Below, one piece after another: positions 27,201 to 35,744 of a stretch of DNA of 64,000 bases. Numbering within the stretch: position 1 is the first letter of the stretch; every line of letters begins with the position of its first letter. The notes beneath the pieces were generated by a model, which worked only from the letters and a program-made list of their open reading frames with translations, searched no databases and was not told where the DNA came from. The translations under genes and the position numbers were made by a program. The stretch comes from a virus: IMG/VR virus record IMGVR_UViG_3300047562_003246, positions 32,001-96,000 of that record; one strand, 5' to 3'.

Positions 27201-28008
27201 GTATCTAGATATCGCTACTACTCATAAGTTGCACGAAGCTTTAGGGTTATCTACTGCATCTTTAGGAGCAAATACAGACGGTGATCGTATTGTTAATTTG
27301 CACGACAGTAAATTCTTCAGTAATACGGATTCAGGTCACATAGGGACATTTAGATATACGACAAACACCCCTTCAGGTTCGCCGTTGTCGCACAGAAATG
27401 TACGATTTCAAAAAGCTGATTTGATCGAATTAAACGGACCTGTTTATTGGCGTATCGAGTTGCAGATACCGCCGCCCGCAGGTACAACACACTGGTTAAA
27501 GTCTGCTAAAGAAATCATAATTCAAAATTCGCCTAGCTTTATTCTCGACGAGCTATCGTTCGATCCTAGGTCTATAGGTACAAGGATTTACAGAATTACT
27601 AACACGCAAAACGTGTCTCTTCGTATCGATTGGCGCAAAAATTTAGCTCAAGCAAATACTTTGTTTTTCCCGAACGCTAACTGGCCTTCCAATACAGAAC
27701 TGGGCGTCCGACTAGTCCATATCATTAATCATCAGATGTCTTATCAAGAAGAACTAGCGTTTTTCACTAGGCTAGAGGGGATGTTGAACACACTAGTTAA
27801 CACATCCGGAGCTTATTCTCGTAGTGCAGGTTTTATACTCCCAGCGGCAACGATTTGCGAGATTTACCTGAAACGAGTTGGTGGGATTAACCCGCAAACT
27901 CCGGACGATATAATGCACAACAACGCGATTTTGCAGTCTATTACGAATATTGCTATATATTCGCAGCAAGCAAACGCACCGAATGTTTTCAGAATTACTA
28001 GAGAGTAA
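21286..28008 (+). CDS. giant multi-Ig-like-repeat virion protein with PKD-like domain
   Basis: About 2240 aa; recurring TITFNE.V..L...DF.V.NG...Y...V units; TVDWGDG...HVYPD PKD motif. Confidence 0.75.
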   Translation: MRPEQKLHLAQETPNLNQRLSRLGAQYSGTCVIFDSTFGQELDLSLSFVGEDPNYLWVRAVFSKPPANLSTASFTITGPITAHSLSGQDRSFVFVLQKTGFGQASISIATNTVADEAGEFFPATGPIIRDINARPIPVITGPTQVSVGTTQLTITFNEDVTGLSIADFVVTGGSVNSLVGSGDSYTFNLEVASIQTEVQVVLPAGVCQAANLSTNVDSNIYAPVTSKGPLTATVKPTKAIFSTFLTTFLIEWNADVDDSFSQQDLSVNTGTITGFTKITPSKFLVNVTVTEDTTVTLTVVAETVTLLGYDPNLAASGSCQVSTTALTFTLVPPTGWLNGEAVIEVIANGPHSGLLASDFVVQNGVVLDWSPVGNGGSLTVAPTSYGREVVLAVSIPAGVAVNPAGLENNAAGPVQVFHDSLPPAITFVSFTRIGDEYEFAFRTSEIVVRVLDYSHPESSSTVFTGEGLNWVVRVNPIADKGNLQINFPAGLFADKAYNVSAAVSSPVYPFDTVGPVGDWQLVADGHAITRVTNKKNRAFILTFDSQLSAELTIDKLTTSTGLVVSGLEVIQPRRVYRVSTVNSGLTGIAQLSLPVGSVRDMFDNINTTASTVNWDFDFVKPVVSDWSATVDERNVLFVIEFNENVSRNVGNFQVLTQNLTVLDVTFSSRIITVSTTVNSSTPSNNLQVGIALPQNFVLDIADNGNDQTIYFTTIVDTAGPTVTITSPQHPQTSSQLVTFGIESSDPLSSDLVRSQLQLVNATLDPLSDLDTSFVINTPGRVYTATVRAVQDGEVRLTVPANILLDLDGNPNSQGSLTVLVGSRFNLTLAFSAGSKPDTRVLTVSSSIAIDQSSLTVSDINPSEGALSVEAGDSFNRFVIQLNPALTTARATIPSGEVLSTTGRVNNQATQQTSYAAMLASAIMTSTTQQVRRNVDIPVDITWNIRVQRFTVADLKIGIRNVDLQIITGTGFVGNIVGLTTIEPGYKFRAICRVSEFPSNLQERLHIWHDATVNGTADMANRRVTDQAFISLPFVDPLVSTFSSPDSPSTTKRLITFVVTFNSDLAQNLTQQDFTIINGAIGAAYPGSSFTVSPNGRQYTLVVYALAVDDVTVILANDVAQGAQGQFVQGGELTVVWLGLENFFIEWVTAAGEYRDSFDFHLVVEEGIDLDYDQVTVDSLVFNSNLMKITKLPGQNAAFTAIRIPSLTVAVFEAPAGVYESADGRRNNKATGVRSLLAFLGGLTITTETSFVVYDRDLVFTITSNTKINGTIDPNDLEFGLRDSLYNPVPGFNQDGELVEFVEVVPGYRWTGRYRLDGQITTTAYPFYIWYTNNGNDTVNYFNQPIPSGARARLQVLGVFAAEIWNSTPAAWYPYPAILTFDIRFNQDLAVELTTADFDIVNGNVHTSSPSNGFVTVTSKRHYKVYVRPITTGNVTVSIAAGEVASVTGARNTAAEATASWTWYFQLTGQITPTAKADQFMVTLNVPEGTILPDAMAQQNALSTNSWVAEKIYVPNTFQWILRVHPATGPTFNTSEPRQIQISINRNVFVTDNGSRNEPYVFPAYSFTVVPNINLTVETDPLSTGENFVVRVKSNTYFVFDPDSNPSQNILGLGIICYCGFVDVSGFDPANYLASIPGLTLSGDRGYLQSTEVDENYEYTWAFQLTAISPPKRIQYSNLITYGHRDQVNVQVQVGFDDNNQPIYRFSQEAYLAIVNSVIGDFGARPLTGGLLLSNGAIYLVQGDKLHKPVVLDITKHLVEFDWLGDVYATFRHAFHNTLLNVFPRYKTRSIIVRVRVREMPAGTAQVITVDWGDGEIENITASQAVNTGVTVPNELEFWLSHVYPDASLYTASIEAVSSYTTITTLCEARVRANGTLTRVRPTEISLNQIVAIRENPNRDKLKGLEEVCVSQNLTGMLSVVSTAEDKVVKSLKAYTGYLKLPEDYGIFNFDTNPNNPFQERLTVGGVTFAPVEYLDIATTHKLHEALGLSTASLGANTDGDRIVNLHDSKFFSNTDSGHIGTFRYTTNTPSGSPLSHRNVRFQKADLIELNGPVYWRIELQIPPPAGTTHWLKSAKEIIIQNSPSFILDELSFDPRSIGTRIYRITNTQNVSLRIDWRKNLAQANTLFFPNANWPSNTELGVRLVHIINHQMSYQEELAFFTRLEGMLNTLVNTSGAYSRSAGFILPAATICEIYLKRVGGINPQTPDDIMHNNAILQSITNIAIYSQQANAPNVFRITRE

Positions 28009-28010
28009 CA

Positions 28011-28604
28011 ATGAGCGAACTAGATAAAACGATTGGAACACTTGACGGTTTGAACAGTATTTTGCTTGGTCAAATCGAGAACGGACAGCTGCCCAAGTTT
28101 GCGCAGGATCCTACAACTGCCGGTGCCTACGGTGAACCGATACCGGCGGAAATGGTTCAGCAAGGTGCAACGCAAATGGCACCAGAACCTGGAGCAGCAA
28201 GCGGTATGCCGCCAGAGCAACAAGATCCAATGATGCAGATTGCCGACATGGTCGCTCAGATCGGCCAGCTACTAGAGCAAGGCATGATGCAGATTCTCGA
28301 AGTCTTGACTCGTATGGACGAAACCAATCAGCGGGTCGAGAAACAGTTAGTGCTGATGTCCGGCGCAACACTAGGACAGCAAGCCACGATGGCGGCAAAT
28401 CCGATTGTTCCTCCACCGCCACAAGCAGCAGGACCTGGACCAGCTCAGCCGCAAAAGATGGCAAGCGATGAGATCGAACTTCCTGCTGCACAGCGAGACG
28501 GGCAAATGGCCAAACTCGACAGCGTTGACAGTCTGGGAGAGACGCTTAGAAAAACAAGTAATGTTTTCGAAGCGATCCGAGCGATCAGGGCAAGTGGTGA
28601 GTAA
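28011..28604 (+). CDS. Q/M/P-rich putative head (internal) protein
   Basis: Low-complexity; K-x-A motifs KFAQ and KMAS; contains 14-mer copy 4. Confidence 0.65.
   Translation: MSELDKTIGTLDGLNSILLGQIENGQLPKFAQDPTTAGAYGEPIPAEMVQQGATQMAPEPGAASGMPPEQQDPMMQIADMVAQIGQLLEQGMMQILEVLTRMDETNQRVEKQLVLMSGATLGQQATMAANPIVPPPPQAAGPGPAQPQKMASDEIELPAAQRDGQMAKLDSVDSLGETLRKTSNVFEAIRAIRASGE
28101..28114 (+). repeat. dispersed 14-mer, copy 4
   Basis: Exact match; KFAQDPT. Confidence 0.95.
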
Positions 28605-28609
28605 TCAGC

Positions 28610-28819
28610 ATGCAGGTGCTAGTTAAAAAAGTCCGCGAACCTGTTGAGCTTGTCGCGGACGAAGCTAACGTCGTGATCTTAAGTAACGACGGACAACATG
28701 CTCATGTCATCATTGAGTCTGAGCTAAGAGTTGTACGTGTGTATGTGGCCGGTGAACCTGAGTTCGCAGAGAAAGCCAAAAGCTACGGCTTTGATTCGCC
28801 TAAAATAACCAAATTATGA
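28610..28819 (+). CDS. small protein coupled to the RNAP gene
   Basis: 69 aa; ATGA overlap with the next ORF. Confidence 0.6.
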   Translation: MQVLVKKVREPVELVADEANVVILSNDGQHAHVIIESELRVVRVYVAGEPEFAEKAKSYGFDSPKITKL

Positions 28820-29028
28820 CAAGCCTTCGAATCGTTAAGCCAGTTCCGAAAAATTCAGCAAGAGAGAGTATTGGTCCGGCCAATACTCTTTCGGTTATTA
28901 CTGTCGATGGTAGTCCTGTTGCGTGTGTTGTAGAAAAACGAGCCGTCGCTTCTGTGCTGACTAAAATTAGTAACACATATAAGCTTGATCCGTCGCGAAT
29001 CAAAGTTACTGAGACTCCGATCATATGA
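28816..29028 (+). CDS. small protein coupled to the RNAP gene
   Basis: 70 aa; ATGA overlaps on both sides. Confidence 0.6.
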   Translation: MTSLRIVKPVPKNSARESIGPANTLSVITVDGSPVACVVEKRAVASVLTKISNTYKLDPSRIKVTETPII

Positions 29029-30950
29029 ACGATCCAACACTTGCGCAGCTACGTTTAGCGAGGATACTCCCAAAGGATTTATATCAACCGGGAGACCCGC
29101 TCAATAAAAAAGAGCAACAAAAGATTCTGACGCAAATTGCCAAGAATAATCCAGACAAGTACAAGCAGGTCGTTGAAGCTTTAAACGAAGTAGGTCTTGA
29201 GGTAGCAAGACTCGACGGTACTTCGTCTATTGGTATCGAAGATATCGCGATGCCAGCAAGAGCTAAAGTTCGTCGCACAAAGATGCGAGAACAAATTGAA
29301 AAGATGCTCGATAGTAGTCGAGACAAGCAACTGCCTAGGGCAGATATTCATCGCAAGATCATGGAAGTACTTGCAAAGAATGTAGCTGACGATGTAGAAG
29401 AGATCTATCAAGACTCTAAAGCAGAGAAAAATCCGCTGGCTATCCAAGTAGATAACGCCGGTCGCGGTAATAAGTCTTCGATTGCTGCAATTCGAGGTGG
29501 AGAGCTTGTTGCTAAAGATTCTTACGGAAAGCTTATTCCTATTTTGCTTGACAGGTCTTATTCGCAGGGCTTAACGCCTATGCAGTATATGGCCGGGCAA
29601 GAGGCTGCACGTATCGGCGTGGTCGATACAAAGCTATCTGTTGCCTCGTCTGGTTATGTTAACAAAACAATGTCACAAGCTGTTCACAGACTTGTTGTCA
29701 GCGCTCTTGATGATGAGTCTGCTGTTGGGCGAGGACTTGCTGTACCTACGGATGATCGTGATAACGACGGAGCGGCATTATCTTTCGATTACGGACCCTA
29801 TAAGCGTAATACGATTATCACACCTAAGATTCGTAAAAATCTTATTGAAATGGGTCATGACGAAATTGTCGTTAGAAGTCCCATCGCATCAGGAGCAAAA
29901 GACGGTGGTGTACTTGCCTGGGATTTAGGCGAAAGAAATTACGGGAGACTTCCTGAACTTGGCGAGTACGCAAATTTAGCTGCGTCAAACTCTATCGGTG
30001 AAGCCGTCACGCAGGCTACGCTAAATTCCAAGCACAATTCGAATGTTTCGATGCGAGATATCGAAGCCCTTGATGATGAAAATAGATTTACTCTAAAAGG
30101 CTTTGAGCTTATCGACAGAGTCATCAATCCGTCTGGTGAGCAAAGAGGTTTTGCAGTTCATGCTGAGTCCGATGGACGGGTTGGTTTAATTAGACCTGCT
30201 CCTCAGGGCGGGCATTATGTCATGATCGGGCTTAAACAGCATTACGTGTTACCAGGGTTTAAGATCAACGTAAAGCCTGGAGAAGAAGTTGAAGCCGGTC
30301 AGCAATTAACTGAAGGAATACCTAATCACGCTGCCGTCACAAAACTTCGAGGTATCGGTGAAGGTCGCCGCGCAGTTGTTGAAGCTATGACTAGGGCTCT
30401 TAAGGAAAACGGACAAAAAGGTTACCGCAGAAATCTGGAGATTCTCGCCAGAGGGTTAGTCGATCGTGTGCGTATGACCGACGAGTATGGCGATTTTATT
30501 CCAGATGATGTTGTTCCGTACCATAGACTTGAAGCGACCTGGAAACCGCGAGAAGACAGTTACGAGCTACAAACAGATCGTGCGATCGGAAAGTTCCTCG
30601 AAAAGCCTGTGCTACACTATAGCATCGGAACACCTATCAAACCTTCGATGGTGAAAACTTTACAAAAGCACGGGATTAAAAGCCTAGTAGTTAACGAAGC
30701 AGCTCCTCCGTTTGAACCCACCGTCGTTAGGGCTGTGGATTTAATGCAAACCGACCCCGACTGGATGACAAGGCAGTTGGGCGGTCACGGACGTAGAAGC
30801 TTCGAAGAAGCTGTCATGCGAGGTCGAGATAGCGATACTTCTGGGACTAGTTACGTTGGTTCTCGTGCAGAATTAGTTTCATTCAATCGTGGCAACTCGA
30901 CAGTAAAACTCGATGAACCAGCCCCAGGCACACCAATATTACCGAGATAG
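29025..30950 (+). CDS. rpoC: DNA-directed RNA polymerase beta-prime subunit, C-terminal half (split subunit)
   Basis: SIGIEDIAMP, NPL...AGRGN, GLTPMQY..AARIGVVDTKLSVASSGY (bridge helix), VVRSP, LAASNSIGEAVTQATLNSKH (trigger loop), RNLEILARGL; no NADFDGD in this ORF. Confidence 0.9.
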   Translation: MNDPTLAQLRLARILPKDLYQPGDPLNKKEQQKILTQIAKNNPDKYKQVVEALNEVGLEVARLDGTSSIGIEDIAMPARAKVRRTKMREQIEKMLDSSRDKQLPRADIHRKIMEVLAKNVADDVEEIYQDSKAEKNPLAIQVDNAGRGNKSSIAAIRGGELVAKDSYGKLIPILLDRSYSQGLTPMQYMAGQEAARIGVVDTKLSVASSGYVNKTMSQAVHRLVVSALDDESAVGRGLAVPTDDRDNDGAALSFDYGPYKRNTIITPKIRKNLIEMGHDEIVVRSPIASGAKDGGVLAWDLGERNYGRLPELGEYANLAASNSIGEAVTQATLNSKHNSNVSMRDIEALDDENRFTLKGFELIDRVINPSGEQRGFAVHAESDGRVGLIRPAPQGGHYVMIGLKQHYVLPGFKINVKPGEEVEAGQQLTEGIPNHAAVTKLRGIGEGRRAVVEAMTRALKENGQKGYRRNLEILARGLVDRVRMTDEYGDFIPDDVVPYHRLEATWKPREDSYELQTDRAIGKFLEKPVLHYSIGTPIKPSMVKTLQKHGIKSLVVNEAAPPFEPTVVRAVDLMQTDPDWMTRQLGGHGRRSFEEAVMRGRDSDTSGTSYVGSRAELVSFNRGNSTVKLDEPAPGTPILPR

Positions 30951-33201
30951 CACTTCGTTGCCTCCAAGTCGATCGGTAGCGCTTGCCAGATTTAATACTG
31001 ACAAGCATTACTTTACCGACCAGCAAATTCGCCGACAGCAAGCTATTGCTTTACAGCCTGCGATGCAGCAAGCAGCAATGCAGGCTCAGCAAAATTTAGC
31101 TGACCCTACGTCGCAGCAGCAAGGTAAATCTCAAAAGCCAAAACAGCAAACGGCTGAATCTCAATTCAAAAATGTTCCAAAGGTGCCGCAAGCTTTGAAG
31201 CCGCCCACGGTCCCAGGTCAAGGTTCTGTTCCTGGAGGCTCTTTAGGTTTACTACCTAAAAACGCTACTGGTAGTTTTTTAGGAGATTACGGGCACTACA
31301 TCAATAAGTTCTACAATCCATGGAGTGAGGCATGGAAAGAAGAGTCTAATGATGGAATTGAGACAGGGCTTAAATATACGGGCCGGGGTGCTATGGCAGT
31401 GGGTACAACTGCTGCGGCACTTGCTGGCGGTTTAGGTCTCGCAGGTATCGGAACAACAACTGCCATCGGTGGCACTGGTGGAGCAGCCGGAACAGGTACA
31501 GGTTTACTCGGAGGAACACTTGGTATGGGTCGCGGATTTTCAACTCTTGGCAATTTATTTAGTCGCGGCTCTAATTTCATAAGAGGATTTGGTGGCAACG
31601 CTACTAAAGCAGCCAAACCTCCAGGGGCTACCGGAGGTGCTTGGGATACAGCTGGTAAAGTTTGGAATTGGGCAGACCGAGCCATGACGGCTGACTATCT
31701 AGGCTCACTTGTTACTGGCAGTAGTCCGATCGAAAGCGGGCTTAGCATGTTTGGTTTTGGCTCGGGTTCTAATCAAGCAGGCGGTGTAGGTCCTTCCGGT
31801 CCTGCTGATCCTTACAGTCAGTACGATAACACTCCGAATCCTTCGAGTATGTGGAATCAAAGTGGTTACGGTCCACCACCTGCGTACGGAAGGTATAATC
31901 CCGATAACTGGTCAAACTTACCTTCTAACCGTTTTTCGTCTGCGTTACCAACAAAAACTGCGAGCGTTGTTATGCAAAATATTCCTGTAATTCTTCCTGT
32001 GACGCAGAAGATTGCTTCGGAGCTACGTGCTGAAGTTATTTCGCCGATGCCGATTCTTTTTTTACTCGATAAAGAAGCAGCAAGGTTAAGAGGAACCGGT
32101 AGATCTGGCAGACGCGGAAGAGGGGCGAACCCTAATAACAATCGTGGTGTAGGTAATACACTCAGGGCTCCTGCGGCTCCAGCTGTAAGCGCGAGTCCAA
32201 GTACTTATCTCACTGATTCACAGTTGTTGCCCAGGGGTTATTCCTTTGGACAATCCCGACTAACTAGATCTGGTGCAAGTTCTAAAACCGTACCAAGAGA
32301 TATGGTAGATTTGGATAACGTTGATCCAAACGACATACACACTCCTGCTTTTACGTCGTCAACATTGACTTCTGGAGGTTCAAGAACTCCTGGTTCAGGA
32401 CAATCTACGGCGTCTCCGCCAGGTACTAGAAGTGGACAAGGAACTAGCACTGGTGGCGGTCAAAGTACTGGTGGCGGTGGCGGTGGTCAAAGTACTGGTG
32501 GCGGTGGCGGTGGTCAAAGTACTGGTGGCGGTGGCGGCGGTCAAAGCACTGGTGGTGGCAGTCAAAGCACTGGTGGTGGCAGTCAAAGCACTGGTGGTGG
32601 CAGTCAAAGCACTGGTGGTGGCAGTCAAAGCACTGGTGGTGGCAGTCAAAGCACTGGTGGCAGCGGTAACCAAGGTAGTCGCAATACTAGAAATAATTCG
32701 CCTACACCTATACCAGCGGATCCTGCGATGGACCGAGCAAAAATGCTCGGAGGTATTGGGGCTGGTGCAGTAGGCGGTGCGTTACTTAGCTCATATTTCG
32801 GCGGCGGTGGCGATGCTTATGATGAGAATATTCAGGTAGCTGGACCCGATGGTAGACCTGTGCCGATTTCTTATTACACAAAGAGCACAGGGTCAGTGTT
32901 CTCTCCTTCGTCCTGGGGAAAGACACAATACGAAAAGGATAAAGAAGTTATGGATGCAGCCAGAAGATTAGGCTGGGTTCCACCTACTCAATATGGACAG
33001 CAAGGTGAATATTACGGTGGCGGCAGCTTCGGTGGCGGTACTAGACTTCCGACCAGTCTTTACAGTATGACTCGCTGGCCAGATCCTCGACATTATCGTG
33101 ATATGGTTTTGAATAATCGAGGCGGTGTACAACCGATTCAACAGCCTCAACCAATCGCACAACCCGCGAACACTGCAGGATTTCAAAATACACTGATATG
33201 A
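30913..33201 (+). CDS. Gly/Gln/Ser-rich low-complexity putative internal head protein
   Basis: 762 aa; KTAS/KIAS/KEAA motifs; Gly-rich tandem repeat; the start may be downstream of 30913. Confidence 0.65.
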   Translation: MNQPQAHQYYRDSTSLPPSRSVALARFNTDKHYFTDQQIRRQQAIALQPAMQQAAMQAQQNLADPTSQQQGKSQKPKQQTAESQFKNVPKVPQALKPPTVPGQGSVPGGSLGLLPKNATGSFLGDYGHYINKFYNPWSEAWKEESNDGIETGLKYTGRGAMAVGTTAAALAGGLGLAGIGTTTAIGGTGGAAGTGTGLLGGTLGMGRGFSTLGNLFSRGSNFIRGFGGNATKAAKPPGATGGAWDTAGKVWNWADRAMTADYLGSLVTGSSPIESGLSMFGFGSGSNQAGGVGPSGPADPYSQYDNTPNPSSMWNQSGYGPPPAYGRYNPDNWSNLPSNRFSSALPTKTASVVMQNIPVILPVTQKIASELRAEVISPMPILFLLDKEAARLRGTGRSGRRGRGANPNNNRGVGNTLRAPAAPAVSASPSTYLTDSQLLPRGYSFGQSRLTRSGASSKTVPRDMVDLDNVDPNDIHTPAFTSSTLTSGGSRTPGSGQSTASPPGTRSGQGTSTGGGQSTGGGGGGQSTGGGGGGQSTGGGGGGQSTGGGSQSTGGGSQSTGGGSQSTGGGSQSTGGGSQSTGGSGNQGSRNTRNNSPTPIPADPAMDRAKMLGGIGAGAVGGALLSSYFGGGGDAYDENIQVAGPDGRPVPISYYTKSTGSVFSPSSWGKTQYEKDKEVMDAARRLGWVPPTQYGQQGEYYGGGSFGGGTRLPTSLYSMTRWPDPRHYRDMVLNNRGGVQPIQQPQPIAQPANTAGFQNTLI
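32446..32664 (+). repeat. coding minisatellite: 3x27 nt (STGGGGGGQ) + 5x21 nt (STGGGSQ)
   Basis: 27-mers at 32464-32544, identical 21-mers agcactggtggtggcagtcaa at 32545-32649, partial units on both flanks. Confidence 0.95.
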
Positions 33202-35741
33202 GAACTACTAGAACATTAACTAATCAGGATCAACAGTTAGTTTCTAAGATTGGACAACTAACTGGCAGGACTCCTGGCAATCTAGTTCGCGGTAAGTCTG
33301 CGCAGCATTTACATGCGATGAGTCGTGTCGCTGGTTCTAGGATCCGCGATCAAATTTCAAGCGGCTTGTCGAAACTCGCAGCTGGACCTAACACTACGCA
33401 GCAATTTAGTGAGTCTTTTGCTGCGATGGCTTTTACGTTTCTTGAAGAGCGTAGTCCAAGCTTGCGAGAATTTATGCTTGGATTTCAAGTAGTTGACAAA
33501 GATGACGAATTAAACACTGCTTTCGGTGTGTTTGGGTTTGAATTACCCAATCGCATTGTGCAATGCCCAGTGTTCTTTGTGCGAGGTCAAATTAAGGGTT
33601 ATCAGGTAATGTTCCTACCTGAGCAGCAATTGTTTTTGCCATCGCATGAAGGTTTCGTACAGCAACTTATCAACAGTGATAATAGCTCGAACGGAGAACC
33701 TGGACCAGTTTGGGGTGACATGTCAACGATGGCAGACCCTGGTGCTGTAGCTGGTCAAATGCCTCGCAGTATCAAGTACGCACAAATTCTTAAAGAGAAT
33801 AGTGCGATGCCGCCTTTGCCTTGGGCGGAAGAAACCAAACTCTACGAGTCTGTCGCTAGCTGGTTTACTGACCCAACAGCGACAAAACAGCTTTCTTCAT
33901 TACTGACAGAGGGTAATTACAAGTCAGCTGCTTGTAGTGCTGACGATGTTTTATCGTTGGGTTCCAGTGTTTTAGAAAGTGCCTTAAGTCTTGCTGTTGA
34001 ATATCCAGCAATGTACAAAGCGATGCGAGGCAGCGAAACGGATCGATTGCAAAAGATTGCTGAAGTCGCCGAGCGTAACGATAGCGAACGAGTCGTCAGT
34101 TCTCGGATTACGTTTGCTGGAGCAGACTTGCCGAAGCTTATCGGTAAGAAGGCGCAGGATCCTACGCAAACCAAAGTTGCTGTATACATTCAGCCTGAGC
34201 CTCCTAGGCTTTTGGACAAGCAATCAAAGGATCAGTATCGAGACAGTATTAGCACGCACGGTATCTACGTCGTAGATAACCGCAGCGAAACTGAAAGAAG
34301 TGTTCTTGAGAAGTTCTCGATTGACGTTGCACAGGACTTTCAGTCTCTCGCACTTACAGAAACAGTAAGTGGCGATGTGCTCATGGAAAACGGCGAAGTC
34401 AAATCTTGTGTGATCGTACCGAAAAATTACGTCATGCAATTTTCGTGGGCGGGCGACCGTACACCAAACATCGTTTTAACATCTGATGGGAAGTCTTTCC
34501 AAGAAACACATGGCAATCCTGTAGTTACTAACGTTAACGAAGAGTCAGCTGCTAATCCTTTGTTGTCGATGGGTTCAACCGGTATGCCAAAGACTCGCGG
34601 AATGTATTTCGCGGTGACACCCAAAGGCAAACTCATCGGACCTTTCTGTTTGCGTAAAAACAGAGACTCAACGGACAAAGGACCGATATCTGTCAGTCGA
34701 TTTAGTCGTATCGATTACATCATGGAAGTCGAAGAGACTGACGAGATATACACAGCGTTTATCGATGGACAGGATTGCGATAATGTACCAATGTCTACGA
34801 GCGCCAATCGAGATAACTGTTTAGTGCTGCCAACAGACACGCGGTATATCAAGATTGATACCGGTAACGATTCGACTCCAAAAGACGAATACGAGTATTA
34901 TTCGCCTAAGCAAAAATCGCCTATCTATCCAGAGACGTACGATACGATCTCGCCAAAGAAGCTTACCGATATCACTTTGTCGATTCGCAAAGAAGCCGAA
35001 GGTTACATTGCAATCGAAAATAAAGTGATCACTGAAAAGATTGCTAAGGCTATCTTGGTCGGCAGTATTGGGTTATCACTTGAAGACGCATCGAAAACTT
35101 TGACAGGTCTGCACACGGGACACCGTCAAAGATTCTTAATCAAGAATGCTGCCACACAGGTGATGCAAAAGCATAATCCTAACGCAGTTTTTCCAATGCT
35201 TGAAGGCCCGGTCGGCGCTAGCGAAGGTAGTCGTGTTCCTTACATAGTTGATAGTCCTGAGTACGCTCAGCAACCTATCGAAACGCCAGCAGAACAGAAC
35301 ATGACTCCGGAAGAAGCTGGATTGCGGGATGCTATGGAAGGGCACCCGACCTCCGGAATGAATCGTGGTCCGATGGCTGCTGATGGAGGCATGTCAATGG
35401 ATCCTGAGATGCAGCAAGTTATGCAGTCAGGCATTGAGGGACCAATGGACATTTCGATTGTTGCTTCTAGCTTAAGTAACGCTCGCGTCGACGGTGCGAT
35501 CACTCAAGCTATCAGGCATTTGCTTGCAGGTATTAGCGAAACAGGACGATTAATCCTGTTGCTTAACGCACAGCGAACAGCTTTTGAAGACATGTATCCA
35601 GAGAACGATATCAAGCCGCTAGAAGATACTCTGCTATCATCGTTTGAAACAGCCGGTGACGCTTACTTGCGTCTGAAGCAAAAAATGGCAATATCTGATC
35701 CAGCTGCAGATGCTGCTGTGCCCTTTGAACACGCGATGTAA
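33198..35741 (+). CDS. large putative head protein
   Basis: 847 aa; FGVFGF...PVFF..G.IKG block; many K-x-A motifs; contains 14-mer copy 5. Confidence 0.7.
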   Translation: MRTTRTLTNQDQQLVSKIGQLTGRTPGNLVRGKSAQHLHAMSRVAGSRIRDQISSGLSKLAAGPNTTQQFSESFAAMAFTFLEERSPSLREFMLGFQVVDKDDELNTAFGVFGFELPNRIVQCPVFFVRGQIKGYQVMFLPEQQLFLPSHEGFVQQLINSDNSSNGEPGPVWGDMSTMADPGAVAGQMPRSIKYAQILKENSAMPPLPWAEETKLYESVASWFTDPTATKQLSSLLTEGNYKSAACSADDVLSLGSSVLESALSLAVEYPAMYKAMRGSETDRLQKIAEVAERNDSERVVSSRITFAGADLPKLIGKKAQDPTQTKVAVYIQPEPPRLLDKQSKDQYRDSISTHGIYVVDNRSETERSVLEKFSIDVAQDFQSLALTETVSGDVLMENGEVKSCVIVPKNYVMQFSWAGDRTPNIVLTSDGKSFQETHGNPVVTNVNEESAANPLLSMGSTGMPKTRGMYFAVTPKGKLIGPFCLRKNRDSTDKGPISVSRFSRIDYIMEVEETDEIYTAFIDGQDCDNVPMSTSANRDNCLVLPTDTRYIKIDTGNDSTPKDEYEYYSPKQKSPIYPETYDTISPKKLTDITLSIRKEAEGYIAIENKVITEKIAKAILVGSIGLSLEDASKTLTGLHTGHRQRFLIKNAATQVMQKHNPNAVFPMLEGPVGASEGSRVPYIVDSPEYAQQPIETPAEQNMTPEEAGLRDAMEGHPTSGMNRGPMAADGGMSMDPEMQQVMQSGIEGPMDISIVASSLSNARVDGAITQAIRHLLAGISETGRLILLLNAQRTAFEDMYPENDIKPLEDTLLSSFETAGDAYLRLKQKMAISDPAADAAVPFEHAM
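34152..34165 (+). repeat. dispersed 14-mer, copy 5
   Basis: Exact match; KKAQDPT. Confidence 0.95.
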
Positions 35742-35744
35742 ACT

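Noticed and set aside
32715-32728. Near-match to the 14-mer (GGATCCTGCG core); similar partial hits near 33317, 58129 and 62273
   Set aside because: At most about 10 matching bases, which is plausible by chance; not counted as copies.
32395-32773. CRISPR array, or real ORFs in other frames (32395-32673 minus, 32432-32773 plus)
   Set aside because: Head-to-tail repeat units with no spacers, in frame in a Gly-rich protein; the other-frame ORFs are shadows of a stop-free repeat.
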